A stretch of 64,000 nucleotides of DNA from Lytechinus pictus (Eukaryota): the NCBI RefSeq assembly GCF_037042905.1, contig NC_087245.1:5396001-5460000 (forward strand). The letters run 5' to 3'. The notes under the pieces are model-generated. The model was not told the origin of the DNA, made no database searches, and worked only from the letters and a program-made list of their open reading frames with translations. Below, in pieces: positions 41,675 through 54,760 of the stretch (the stretch's first letter is position 1; each line of letters begins with the position of its first letter). Made by a program: the position numbers and the translations under genes.

Positions 41675-43009
41675 AGTATAGTGAGTGATTGTATTATTAC
41701 CGACCGGCCTTGTATTACCGAACGCGTGCATCATACGCATCAGAAAATAATTTCATACGCTAAAAATTTTGCGACATCCTTCCAAAGAGAACTTGAATAG
41801 AAAGATGATGAAAAATGGTCAAAAACACATTTTCAAAGTCTTAATATTCTAAAAATAATAAAATATGGTCAAAATAGCTCATCATCAGTGATTTTGTAGT
41901 TTTCTCAACGTTTCCATAGAAAACACACGTTCGGTAATACGATACCTTTTTCAAGTGACCAAAATATTTCATATGCGGAGAGGGGTCCAATTGGAAGCTT
42001 ATATTGTAAAAAGGAAAAACGATTTCGGCAAAATTTTCATATATTTATATTTTGTAGGTAATTGTGTATTTATGGTGAAAGTTTGGTGAATTTCATGAGA
42101 ATAATGTATTTGATATGATTGAATTCATGAAAAGTGTTTGGTATTACGATCCACTACCATATAACACACGCCAAAATCTTCACAATATACTAAATTTATT
42201 CATCTAAATCTGTTCATTGAATTAATTTTTAAAATATGCTCCAAAATATTCATAAAAAGGGATTTTAAACGCTTACCTTCAAATCTCAGCCAAGATACTC
42301 CATCTGATCCTTAAATTAATACTGCGGTGGAAATTACGCAAACAACAATCAAAATGCGAATTTTTCTTATCGAACAGTCTAGATTCAAGTCGCCGGCGCA
42401 TAATAGGAAATTGTACCAAAAAAATCAACAGGCATCTCACGTATAATCGCTGATGGCGCTACATCATAAAATAACGCTGAACAGCGAAAAAAATGCGGAG
42501 CGCCTAGAACGCAACCAGCAGTACAGCTGATCTGACGTAAACAAGCAAGTTTATTAAATAATATCGCGCGCCCTCTCTGTGCGTATAGAGAAAACCAGCG
42601 AATTGGCCGCATGCCTGCTTCGACATCAAGTAAAATCATCGATATAAAGTACCAGAAAGACAGAGAGGAATTGAAATTGGCTTCATATCGTTTGGTAAGT
42701 TTCATATCCAAAGCTTACTTCATGTAAAATGTAGATAAATTTCTAATTTTTACAAAAGAATAAAAAAATTATTGCAAGTGCCGTGCCAGCGGTTATCCTG
42801 TGCACGGCGACGGTAATGCACCTATGGGTGGGTTCTCGGGGACTTAATTATTTGCATCCATAAGTGAATGCTAACTTCACAAAACATATCCAGACCCTAG
42901 ACCAAAAGCTTCGGTCTCTGTTATGTTGGCTGTTCCGCTGAACTCCGTTGGCTCCACTCACCAAATACAGAGACCAAAGTTCTAGCTCGATCTGTACAGG
43001 GAATCAATG

Positions 43010-44331
43010 CAGTCTTGAGGACGCAATGATGATGACTTTTAAAATCCTGTCATATACTTCATCAGTGACGTCTTGAACAGGCCTTCATAGACATGTAAGA
43101 GAACGAAGTAAACAAAGATGGATTTCCCTAGGAAATCAATCTTTACATAACAGAATCGCGTGAAATATGTTTATTTTATTAATTTCTACACCTTCCTACG
43201 CCTAATGCGTAGGAAGGTTTTAAAAAATGTTAGATAAAAATGTAAAAAATAAAGGTTTCTTACCTAACTGATGCTGCGTAGATCCCTCGATCCACATGTA
43301 ACAACGGAAATACAATAGCGTCGACCCTTGAACCGCTTGTGTAAGACGTACTTCCGGCTAGCAATGCCGTTTTGAAGAACAATTTATAGATGAAAATTAT
43401 TATTTCACAAATACTAAAATTTATTACGTAATTATAAATAATTGGTATTATAATTACGTAATAAATTTTAGTATTTGTGAAATAATAATATTTATCTATA
43501 TTTCTTCAAAACAACATTGCTAGCCGGAAGCACGTCATACATAAGCGGTTCAAGGGTCGACGCTATTGTATTTCCGTTGTTTACATGTGGATCGAGGGGT
43601 CTACGCAGCATCAGTTAGGTAAGAAACCTTTATTTTTTACATTTTTATCATCTCCCCAGTACCTTATTTCACTTATCAAAAGTTATACCCTTTCAAGATC
43701 CTTACGTTCCTCCTTTTCCAATTCTCTTGTTACCCCCAAAATTTCCAAAACCTGGGGTGAAAGATCATTTGTTTACTCATCCTCTAAGCTATGGAATAGC
43801 CTCCCTCAAAACATGAAACAGTGCTTGACTTCTGAAACTTTCAAACATTACCTCAAAACATTTCTGTTCAATTCTTCTTAATTTCTTTTATAATTTTTAA
43901 AAAGCGCCTTGAGCACTCTACAGAGTGGATTTGGCGCGATATAAGTCTAATTATTATTATTATTATTATCTAACATTTTTTAAAACCTTCCTACGCATTA
44001 GGCGTAGGAAGGTGTAGAAATTAAAAATTAAAAATTAAAAAGCGCCTTGAGCACTCTACAGAGTGGATTTGGCGCGATATAAGTCTAATTATTATTATTA
44101 TTATTATCTAACATTTTTTTAAACCTTCCTACGCATTAGGCGTAGGAAGGTGTAGAAATTAATAAAATAAACGTATTTCACGCGATTCTGTTATGAAAAG
44201 ATGGATTTCCTAGGGAAATCCATCTTTGTTTACTTCGTTCTCTTACATGTTTATGAAGGCCTGTTCAAGACGTCAATGATGAAGAAGTATATGATATTTT
44301 AAAAGTCATCATCATTGCGTCCTCAAGACTA
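43010..44331. mobile_element. Mutator-like foldback element interrupted by a LINE tail
   Basis: (C/T)AGTCTTGAGGACGCAATG...CATTGCGTCCTCAAGACTA, 9-bp TSD GAATCAATG at 43001-43009 and 44332-44340, symmetry centre ~43440. Confidence 0.9.
43650..43970 (+). mobile_element. 5'-truncated non-LTR retrotransposon (L2/CR1-like) 3' end
   Basis: Translates PQYLISLI...SRSLRS...WGERSFVYSSSKLWNSLP...FKHYLKTFLF*, typical of an L2/CR1 ORF2 C-terminus, followed by a short 3'UTR and an (ATT)n tail. Confidence 0.85.
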
Positions 44332-44856
44332 GAATCAATGGCCATATGTTTATGTATTAAGTTCGGATGAAACAGGGAAGTGAAGTTGCGCGACAGCCGA
44401 AGTAAGTCACTGTTTTTTCCCCTTTTATTAAAAGTTTTAGTTTATTTTTCCCCGTTCTGGTGCATTTCAGGCCAAAACGGAATAATAATCTTTATTTTGG
44501 TACAGTTCTTTTTATATATTTTATGAAATAAAGACAAAAATCGATGAGCCCCGTTGGGGGGATTTTGCATTGTTAACTCCCTAATGGTGGCTGCACGATA
44601 GCGAGCCGTCTGTGTACATGTACAAAGAGAAATTTAAAAAAAAATGTTAAAAAAACTCCTCGAAACAGACGGCTGCCAGCTGTCTAATCCAGACCCAAGT
44701 CATGCCCATTCACACAGTGGTAAATCGTCCATAGACTGTACAATGGATAGACCATCTCCGCACAGCGATTCGGAGACCGCTGATTGGTCAATCGCGCAGA
44801 TCACATGACTACGTGGTCGCCAAAATAATTCCTTCGGACTGCGTGTGGAAGTATCG

Positions 44857-47442
44857 CAGGGCATAAATTAATCGACGGCCAGGCCGTCGATACCCCTAGC
44901 CCTATAACTGGCCGTGATGCCCATACAAAAAAAAATCAATTCACGGCTAAAAAGGCCGTGCCCTTTTTTCAAAACTGGTCATGACCTTACTCAGTGTAAG
45001 ATTAAGGTTTACAAAGTTCTCCCATATTTCACAAGCAAAAATACAGAAGAGAGAGAGAAAAAAAAAAGTTAACAACTTTCCTCAATTCAAACTGCAAGCC
45101 ATTTTCCGTGATTTTCTTGGATCTACACAGACACACACACGCAAAGTCAGCATGCAGTGTACATGTACTAGCTGCTGCACATGGCCTGGCCTGCCTGCCT
45201 GTGTGGTGTGTGGCAGGCTTGCATTATCGGAGGAGATTTGCAAACTCTGAGCAAAGTGAACAATCTCACATGATTAGCAGTTTTTCCAACAAAATAATCA
45301 CAAAATCGGCAGGAAATATTTATAATTACATACAATGGATTCTCAGATTAATGATTTGGTGATGTAATCAGAGGAGCAAGTTATTGAGTTTTCATTACTG
45401 GAGCGGTCTAGTTCAGCTTTTGTTTTGAGTCTTCTTCGCGCCGATAACAAGAAGACACGGCAATGGGAAGAGAGATGCCTAGCCTGTATAGGGGTGATGC
45501 CGCGATGTTTCACCTAATTTTTAAGTTTGACAATGTTTCACTTTGAAATTTTATTCGTTTCTAATACATTTCAGTTTTCTAACAATTTTTAAATAATATA
45601 TTATAAAAAAAAACAAATATCAGTAAGATTTTTGTTAGATGATTACATTTGTTTTCTTTGCTTGAAGTTTGAATTTTTTTCCCTCTAATTCTTTCTTCAT
45701 TTCTTTCTTTATTGCTTTCTTTTCATTTTTCTTTCTTTTCTATCCTTTTTTCTTCATCCTTTCTTCTATCCTTCCTGCTTGCTTTTTTTTGGTTCTATCT
45801 TATTGCAAATCTTTCCTAGCTTTCTTTCCTGATCCTTTCTGTTCATTTTTTGTTCTTTCCTTCCTTTTTTTACTTTCCTTCTTTTATTTCCTTTCTTCTT
45901 TCCCTAATTTTTTTGCTCCCTTCTCCTTTTTTCTTTTCATTCTTTCTTTCACTAGCTCACTCTTTCTTCTTTCCTACTTTCATTCATTTCTTGCTTTCAC
46001 TCTCTCTTCGCTTCATTCTTTCCTTCCTTTCATTCCTTTTCTTTTCCTTTCCCTTATTCTTTCTTATCTTCCTGATTTTTTCTTTTTCTCTTTCTTTTGT
46101 CCATTCCTTCTCTCTTCGTCCTATCTTTTCTGAATTCCCTTTTCCATTCCATCTATCTTTATCATTATTTCCTAGCTTTCCTTCCCTTTTTTCTGTGTTC
46201 ATTTATTTTCTTCATTCTTTCCTTTACATGTCCCTCATTGTTTTTTTCTTTCTATCTTTCTTTCTTTCTTTCTTCTTTCTTTCTTTACTTTTTTCTCTTT
46301 GATACTTTCCTTCTCTTTTTAATTTCATTTTTTATAAATTTCCTTCATTCTTTTAAAATTTTCTTTGCTTCCTTTTCCCTTCCTCTCCCTTTTCTTTTTG
46401 TTCTTTCTCTCCTTCCATTCTTTTCTTCTCTTTTCATTCTCTCCTTCCTCTCTTTTATCATTTATTCTTTCTTTATTTTCTTTTTTTTCCTTTTTGCTTT
46501 TCCCTTCCTTCCTGTCTTCTTTCTTTTTCTCAAAGAATGAAGGAAACATTTTTCTTTCCTTCCTTCATTCCTTCATTCATCCTCAGTCTTTTTCTTACCT
46601 TCTTTTTTTCTTTCTCTTTATTTCTTTCAAACATTCATTCATCATCCCTTCCTTTCTTTTTCTTTTTAAGAATGAAGGAACCTTTTTTTTCCTTTCCTTT
46701 ATTATTTCTTTCATCCTTCTTTTATTCTAACTTTCTTTTCACTGTTTTTTTTCCCTTCATTTTCTTTACTTCATTATTCCCCTACATTTTTTCTTTCTTC
46801 TCCATTCATCTCTTTTCTTTCTCTCCTTCATTCTTTATTTCACCCATTTGTTCACCCTCCCTTCCTTTCCTTTTCTTTCTTTATATTTTTATTTCTCTCT
46901 TCATTTCTTTTATAATTAATTTCAGTGATTCCTTTTTTATTTTGTGCCACGGTCACAAAAGTACATGAAAATATATGAGAGAGGAAATCATTCAAATGGC
47001 ATATCAACACACTAATTTTGGTCATGGCCGGCAAGATAAAATCACTTTGAAAAAAAATATATAATTTTACAAATACAAGGTACATCAGTTCATGTTAAAA
47101 ACAGGAAAAAGGCAATGGTACATGTCCATAGAAGAGCAATTCTTTCCTTTAAACGGTAATATCCTGTTTTGAAATATTTTTTGGGGGGCAAGTGAAATAT
47201 ATATTCGGGCAAGTATTGTCCAACTATTTAGAAATAAAAAGATGTTATGTAGCACCCTGTACAAGTTTTAATACATTTGACATCTAAAAAAAAGGATACC
47301 GAAAAAAAAAGGCCTTTGATGCCCTTCTTGGAAAAAGATTTTGGCCTTGGTGCCCTTTGAAGTGGCCTTGGTGCCCTAAAAAATATGAGGTATTTCAAGG
47401 CCAAACTGGCCTTGCCCTAAAAATGACAAAATTTAAGGCCTG
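44857..47442. mobile_element. hAT-like non-autonomous element with 6-bp TSD, containing a long polypyrimidine tract
   Basis: CAGGGCATAAATT...AATTTAAGGCCTG, with GTATCG at 44851-44856 and 47443-47448. Confidence 0.65.
45670..46940 (+). repeat. ~1.3-kb CT-rich low-complexity (polypyrimidine/polypurine) tract
   Basis: Nearly continuous ttct/ttcc/tctt sequence. Confidence 0.95.
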
Positions 47443-48294
47443 GTATCGATAGCGATAACGATATCCGGTCACATTGTCTACGCGGGAAATGGTCTTGGTT
47501 CGTGATCGGATCACTCCAGTATCGATTGAAAATTATCGAAACTCTGCAATTTCATGCATATTCACGCGACGCTCTGAAACCCGGAAATCCATTGACTTTG
47601 TGCACGTTGCGATAGACTGTACAGACTCCAACGAACACGATGCCATATCGACGCTGATTCGTAAGATTTTGACGGAAACGCAAGAAGTAATCGAAATTTG
47701 CTTACCTGTGCGGTATCGGTGAGAAAATAGATCCTCCGAGAATACCTTTCATAATTCATATAGAATATAGGAAAGTGAAATTCTAGGTCGATTTTGGTAC
47801 GAAGTGATAGAGAATTGCACACTTGTTTTGGTGGAATACTGTGTGGGGGAATGGAAGGATTGCACTGCGCATGCTTACTATATTTTCATTCATAAATTGT
47901 CTCTCGGCAGTGGTTGGATGACGTCATTTTATTAATAAGCAAAATGTACGCGCCCGCTAGCGTTGAACGCTCCGCTATCCGTTTTACACAATTTGCCGAT
48001 GTGACTCGTTAATGAACAAGGTTATAACTATGGGCTTGGCCTTGAAAAAAAATACTTGCGTCAGCTGATATCATGAGTCGTAAAATACTATGAAGTGATT
48101 TCACGATATTTATCGGCCGACGCAAGTATTCTTTTAAATCTAAGTTGGCACTGCTCATGATATTGTCACCCTCTATACGCGTCTAGTATCTTTGGCTACG
48201 ATAGCAAAGATGGCAAGATGGCGACAATAACATATATGTAAGTAAACGCTCCTCTACTTTTAATATTTTGATGTATTCAAGCGTTATCTTATGA

Positions 48295-49613
48295 CAGGCG
48301 CGTAGCCAGGGGGGCAGTGGGGGCGGTCGCCCCCCCCCCAAAAAAAAAAAAAAGAAGAGGAAAAGGAAAAAAAGAAAAAGCAAAAGGAGAAAAGGGAAGA
48401 AAGGTATAGCTTTTGTTGTTTTTTCCTTCTTTTTTGGTCAAAAGAATAACCTAAACGAGACGTTCTCTCTTCATGCTATAAATTTGCTTCCGCGCTCCTC
48501 GCGGGAAAAATATCAAAATTGCCATTCCCTTTTGTTTCCCACACCTTTTCTCTACTCCGTTTTCCCCCTTCCCGGCCGTGGAAATCGTATATTATTGCCA
48601 GAAATTATAAGTATACATGGGTGTAGAGTATGAAAAGTATTTTTTTTATATATTGCATTGATACAAAATTTTGGCTCTTCTGTTCGGAGCGGGTAAACAT
48701 TACTGTCACTACCGAGTCCCCAAATGATTTTTTCTTCCGCTTTTCAGCAAGTAATTTTTGGCAAAGTGTCTGCTCCAAGGGAGAGGAAATAAATTCGTGC
48801 CGTGCTAGTTGCCATAGTATGTACGATATTAAGCTTTATTCTATATCGCTGCACATCCGTCTCCTGCCTTGTTTTGCGTCATTGAATTGAAATTTTGAAT
48901 ATCACTGAACTTTCTTAATAAAAAAAAGGAGGCGCTTAATACGAGCGAAATTTTTTTCTTCCAAAATAAATCACAGAGGTTTCCGTGCTTCGCGAGCATG
49001 GGAAAGGAAATGTCCCTCCTCTAGCTTGCATCATCCCTTTCACATTTTGAGCTCGTTTTTCTTCATAAATGAGCTATATATATAATCTAAGAAATATCAA
49101 AATTAGAACAGGTTAAAGTTTCAGATAAATTTCTAAAAATCAAAGCGTTTGCCTTTAGCAGGAAGGAATAGGGCCTATTTTCTTCTGTATATACCCATTT
49201 TCTACTCTGTTTTGCGACTTGAGTTAACAAAATTTAATGTTGATAAACCTTTTACACTCAAATCTGATGTGACCAAGATAGGCATATCATTTATGTTCTC
49301 TATTTTTATAAAACGTTTTAAGCTTCAAAGAGGAATTATTTCAAATTCTCCAATCTTTCCCCATTTTGGGGGGAGCTCATAATTTCTTTCGAAAACAATT
49401 TTTTTTAATCACAGCAACTCTATTTGAGTTGATAAGGGTACTAGAGATGCAAGAGACGCCTTCTTTTGATTTGAATTTGATGAGATATCAAAAACTTCAC
49501 GCTCCGCGCGGGAGGGGGGAAACTCCCCCTCCCTGCACCCTCCCCCCTAGAGAGCGCACCACTTGGCATGCACTTACCACCCCCTCAAAATTTAAATCCT
49601 GGCTACGCGGTTG
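48295..49613. mobile_element. hAT-type non-autonomous element nested in another TIR element (~48171-49757)
   Basis: CAGGCGCGTAGCCAGG...CCTGGCTACGCGgTtG, with 8-bp TSD TCTTATGA at 48287-48294 and 49614-49621. Confidence 0.85.
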
Positions 49614-49824
49614 TCTTATGACAAAAACTGACAATTTTTTGTCAAAAGTTGCCAACCAATATTGTTGCCAATTTACATAAGTTGGGCTCAAACCCCTAAG
49701 GATAACTCGTATTTTGGCGCAACATTATTGTTGCCGAATTCGTCGGTGCGTGTAGAGCAATGGCATGCCGTCCCAGGCTTCATGGAGAGTAAGCCTTCGT
49801 CAGTAAAATGACTTTTGCTCTCCT

Positions 49825-50589
49825 GGGGCTCGTTTCTCAACACCGTCATAAGTCTAACTTCTTGACTAAATCGGAGATAGTGAGCTACTTGTCCGCTAAC
49901 CGTTTCACGAAGCCCTCTTTACCAAGATCGGGTACAACAACCTCACTAAACACCTCCGAACTTGTCTTAACTTCTTTCTCAATGACGTAGTGGCATTACG
50001 TGGGTAGACTATGACATGCGAAAGTGCCTGGAAATTTTGAAATTATAATCTTACGTAATCAATCATAGTCATTGAATGCATTAACCCACTTGTTTTGTGA
50101 TGTTATTTCAACCACTATGATAGTGGTTGAAATAACATCACAAAACAAGTGGGTTAATGCATTCAATGATAATTGTAATACAAAGAAACTATAAAAACTG
50201 TTGGTAAACGCCACAAAACCATTCATTTTGAAATAGTAAAACGATTTAATCGATAAAGATTCTACCACGTCAGGCCATCCATAACTGAACTCGTATTTGT
50301 TGTTTTCAGACCCCTATTAACAATTGGATGAATTCTATCTCTAATTCATGCATATAATTTGTCCAATTCATCATAATATTTGCAATTTTGTCATAATTTT
50401 TCTTTTTGAAAATTATGCTATTTTGTGACTAAGGCTACGTCTCGTCTGCTCTTTTTACCGATAGTATCGATATCAAGGTATTCTAGTTAAGAAGCCTTTC
50501 GAGAAACAGGTTTAGTAAGATTGGAACTAACTCCGTGGTTGGTGGATAAAGATATGACTAACTTGTCCATGTGTTGAGAAACGGGCCCC
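49825..50589. mobile_element. Harbinger-like MITE containing a perfect hairpin
   Basis: GGGGCtCGTTTCTCAACAC...GTGTTGAGAAACGGGCCCC. Confidence 0.7.
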
Positions 50590-51205
50590 AGAAGCCTCCA
50601 GGCTACTTACTAGCCACAAAACACGATCTCACCCCCACTTCGCTATAATCATGACAATACAAACTGCATGACTTCACTTGACTTCATTTGATCGAATCAA
50701 GAACGCCACTAGCGCAAGCTTTATTTTAGCGAAGTACCAACTAACGTAGAAGGCAGCACACGACTGTGTGTTGCTGCCCTCTACATTCGAAGATGTACAG
50801 CACGATATCAAAATGTCGGATAGGCGAAAGATGTTGACTGCTCAAAACGATGTCCAAAAAGCCCAAAACTTATCGATAAAACTTCATCCAACCCTAAAAT
50901 AATGCAAATAACGTGAAAGGTGAGGATGTATTTATGCTAAATATGTTTGTGTAAAAATGTTATGTAACCATTTACATCCGAAGAATGCGGATTTTAAAGT
51001 GTTCTTGGTACAGTGGCAGATACAAATTTTGACCAACGCGAGTATGTGACATCGCTATAATGGATAAAAAATACGTATTGATTATTTTCTTTTGTCGATA
51101 GTTATCGATATCGGTAAGATATTTTTAGTGCGATATCGACAGAGAATTTTCCTAATGATAACAGCCCTAATAAGCATATTATATTTGTTTATTGTCTTAT
51201 TTCAG

Positions 51206-51290
51206 ATAAAGTGACAAGTGAATCTAATATTGCTGAGGACTGGGGACTTATTCTTGACATCTGTGACAGAATTAAGGCAAATTCTAATGC
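51206..51290 (+). CDS. STAM: STAM exon 2 (VHS domain)
   Basis: tttcag|AT...GC|gtaagt, translating (D)KVTSESNIAEDWGLILDICDRIKANSN(A), the VHS signature EDWGLILDICD. Confidence 0.95.
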
Positions 51291-51610
51291 GTAAGTATTA
51301 TTTAAAATCAAAGTATTAACAAATGTAATGACTGGATTGCTTATAGCACATTAATGAAATTTAAATGTTGAATTTGATATTATAGTGGCTTATTCCACCC
51401 AGGTGAAACCAAACAAACGTTATATTTATTCCTTTTCCCAAAGCTCTCCAAAGATGAAAATACCTGCAGCTGAGGTGGAAAATTGTCTTCAATGGTGTAG
51501 CGATTAAGTACTCGCGGCACACCTGGTTCAAGACATTTGTAGAAATTGATGTTAAAGGCTGAAAGTAATCCAATTTTGATTGACCTCAATGCCCCTCTTA
51601 TTGGCCTTAA

Positions 51611-52358
51611 CCCTATCTAGGCCGGGGTATTTTGGGAGTTCATATGGCCGGGGGGGGCCTCCCAGGCCCCCCCTTGAGATCTCGGCTGTCGACCGCGCGA
51701 TCGCACCGAAAATTGGCATGCGGGTTGTCTAGGACATAATCTACAAAATTGTATAGTAATTTATTTCATGCGAATCGCTATTAAGTGATTATGCTAATTT
51801 ATGCGTAATTAGTATGCAAAATCATACTTTTCCCTCTAACTCCCCAAATAAAGCTCCAAATGTTCTACTTTTTGGTATAGAAACTCTTTGTGGTGTTCTG
51901 AGCAAGTGTACTTGAAAAAAATTGCGATATCAAATCATTTTCTTATGTATTATATTGTTTTTTGCAATTTCTTATGTATTTCTCTGTTTTTTTGACCTTT
52001 TGTTTTTCATTGTTTTTTCAATGAAATTTGTTGGGGACTCTTCTGAGATCATAAAAGCATAAAATAAATACATTTAGACCAGCAAAACTAATAACAATCA
52101 TACATTTATGAATTTTGGTTGAAAACACAATTTGCATTTATTTTGTACACAAAACCACGTTTTTGAGCAATTTTTGGTCTGACATGCACTTACATAATGT
52201 TGCGTAATTTCGGAACCACGTACCCGGGTGAAGCAAAATTGGTCTCAAAAGTTGCGCAAGACTTGAAAGTAAAAAGTCAGTGAGCGGCACGTTAAAAAAA
52301 TATCGCGCGATTCATTGAGGGGGGGCCTCTGAGGCCCCTCCCCCCGGCCTAGATAGGG
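51611..52358. mobile_element. piggyBac-like MITE in STAM intron 2
   Basis: TTAA|CCCTATCTAGGCCGGGG...CCCCGGCCTAGATAGGG|TTAA. A related degenerate fragment lies at ~30380-30550. Confidence 0.9.
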
Positions 52359-52941
52359 TTAAAGATTGTTGTGTCTTTTTTTCCCCTTTTTTTTCTTTCT
52401 ATTGTGCTGATATGTCATACTATACTTAAGTGGCCTTGCCCCCAAAATATTGAAAATTAAGGCCTGTGAGTTCACATATGATATACATGTAAGCCACTTT
52501 ATTTTTCGTAAACTACATGTAAATGCAGTTATACAGTGGTTTTACATAGACATACATTTAGGCTAGAGATCATGTCTGCAAATCCATAAAGTAGAAAAAG
52601 TTTGATAAATTGACAAGAATACAAGAAGACTGACCTTAATTTGTATTGAGCAAAGCAAAAGTCTGTGCTTCATGTGTATTCAGGAGGAACATGCATAGCA
52701 TCCTGGTTTCACAGTACAGTATTTTGTTTCTGCAGAATGAGGGGAGGGGGGTGGGGGAGATAAGCAAGTGTAGGAGGGAGAGCAGTACTGGTATTTAGAC
52801 TCCACTAAAGACGTATTTCAGATTGCAATAAAATAAGCATTAAATATCAGTGCATTACATGTATGAAACCATGGAGAGTATTGATTTATGTTCACGTTTA
52901 TGCTGTTAAAAAGAATTTAAACATAAATCTTTTATTCTCAG

Positions 52942-53017
52942 GCCAAAAGATGCTTTCAAGTCGATTATGAGGAGATTAAAGACCCCTAATCCACATGTCC
53001 AGTTGCAAAGTTTAGTG
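52942..53017 (+). CDS. STAM: STAM exon 3 (VHS domain)
   Basis: tctcag|G...GTG|gtgagt, translating PKDAFKSIMRRLKTPNPHVQLQSLV. Confidence 0.95.
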
Positions 53018-53569
53018 GTGAGTCAGTGTTCTATTCAGCACCTTTATGATTGAAGTTGAAAATGTCAAAATTAGAAACAAACAAATATCTACTTAACAAC
53101 TGAATGTGAAAATAATCTTTTGATTATAATTCCACAGGGTGAAAATATGTTCGAAAAATTTATGAAATTCATCATAATTATACATTCATGTAAATTCTTC
53201 CTCTTACATCCCCAGTTATGGTAAGCTATTTTGGTATGTGGCTAGGAAGATTCTCTCAGGTCCCCTTAGCAAAATGGGGACACAAAATTAGGCTCCCATT
53301 GGTAGAAAATATAAGTTGTTACTTTGAGCAAAAAATGTGGAAACGGAATACATATTTATTACATAGATTGTTACGTGTTTACACAAAATATATCAAAAGG
53401 CATCAAGTTACCAGAAAATGATGGAGTAGAAAAAGAATAAAGATAAAAATAGTAAGATAAAATGAAAATGGAAAACAAACAAAAAGACAGAGAGGGGGGG
53501 GGGGGGGGGGAGGGGTCAAGGGATAAATACTAGAGAGTATAAGAAAGAAAGAATAGAAAAACATAATTA

Positions 53570-54115
53570 TAATTTAGTGTTTATGATACTAGCATGAATA
53601 CCAGGAAGCCTATTGATTTTGAAGTCAAAATATCAAAGGTCAAGGTCACAGTGACATGTTTTCATCTTACCCTTCTGAAGTCCTTGTAAACGCGATAACT
53701 TCATTTGAACTTAACCTAGGCTCATATAATTTAGTGTGTATGATACTAGTATGGATCCCAGGAAGCCTTTTGATTTTGAGATCAAAAGGTCAAAGGTCAA
53801 GTTCACACTGACATGTTTACATCTTACCCTTCTGAAGTCCTTGTAAACGCGATAACTTCATTTGAACTTAACCTAGGCTCATATAATTTAGTGTGTATGA
53901 TACTAGTATGGATCCCAGGAAGCCTTTTGATTTTGAGATCAAAAGGTCAAAGGTCAAGTTCACACTGACATATTTTCATCTTACCCTTCTGCAGTCCTTG
54001 TAAACGCGATAACTTTAGTTGAACTTGACCTAGGCTCATATAATATGGTGTGTATGATACTAGCATAGATCCTCGCAAGTCTAGATTGATTTTGAGGTGA
54101 GAAGGTCAAAGATGA
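53570..54115 (+). repeat. 157-bp tandem repeat (~3.5 units) within a dispersed repeat
   Basis: atcttacccttctg at 53664, 53821 and 53978. Confidence 0.9.
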
Positions 54116-54664
54116 AGTTGCCATCTTCCACTTCTCTTGCTTGACGAATGACTCCATTTTCTGCGTTACAGACGGGCGTATTATGTGCTTGCCTTAACGA
54201 CACTCTTGTTTTAAATAAATTCACAACTTTTAATGTATAAGGGCCTATTTCTCTGACGTAATCAAGTATCACTGACCATCTGGTATGAGTTTTGGGTCAC
54301 ATGATTGAGGTCAAGGGCCATTAAGGTCAATAATCTTTGACCATGTTGTGGTATCAGTATAGACAATATAAACAAGGTTAAGATTTTGAATTTTTTGGAT
54401 AATTTTGCAAGTATACCGTAAGTCCCTCTTAAGTGGACATAATTTTAGGTCACTTGACAAAGATCAAAGATCATTTGCGGTGAACAAACTAAGGCTTTCA
54501 TTATCAAATGAATGTTTGTTTTTTCCCTATCTTTTTAAGAAATTGGTCATCAGAAATGCGTTGTTTTCAATGTCTGCATTGCTGCTATATTTAATTGCGT
54601 AATGCAGGCAAGACTTCCTTAGGTGTTCCATTTGTTGAATGTTTATATCCCATTTCCCTTGCAG

Positions 54665-54760
54665 CTCTTAGGTGCTTGTGTGAGTAATTGTGGCAAGCCA
54701 TTCCATCAGGAGGTAAGCTCAAGAGACTTCTGTGCCGATGCCAGGAATATTGTCAGTAAG
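54665..54760 (+). CDS. STAM: STAM exon 4 (VHS domain)
   Basis: ttgcag|CTC...AAG|gtgagt, translating [32 protein letters not shown]. Confidence 0.95.

Noticed and set aside
42270..42700. Divergent splice-donor-like sites flanking a CpG-rich patch, as a hidden gene pair
   Set aside because: No ORF or downstream exons could be linked; more likely a transposon promoter remnant.
45669..47085. Multiple long Phe/Leu/Ser-rich and Lys/Arg/Glu-rich ORFs
   Set aside because: By-products of the CT-rich low-complexity tract, which lacks stop codons.
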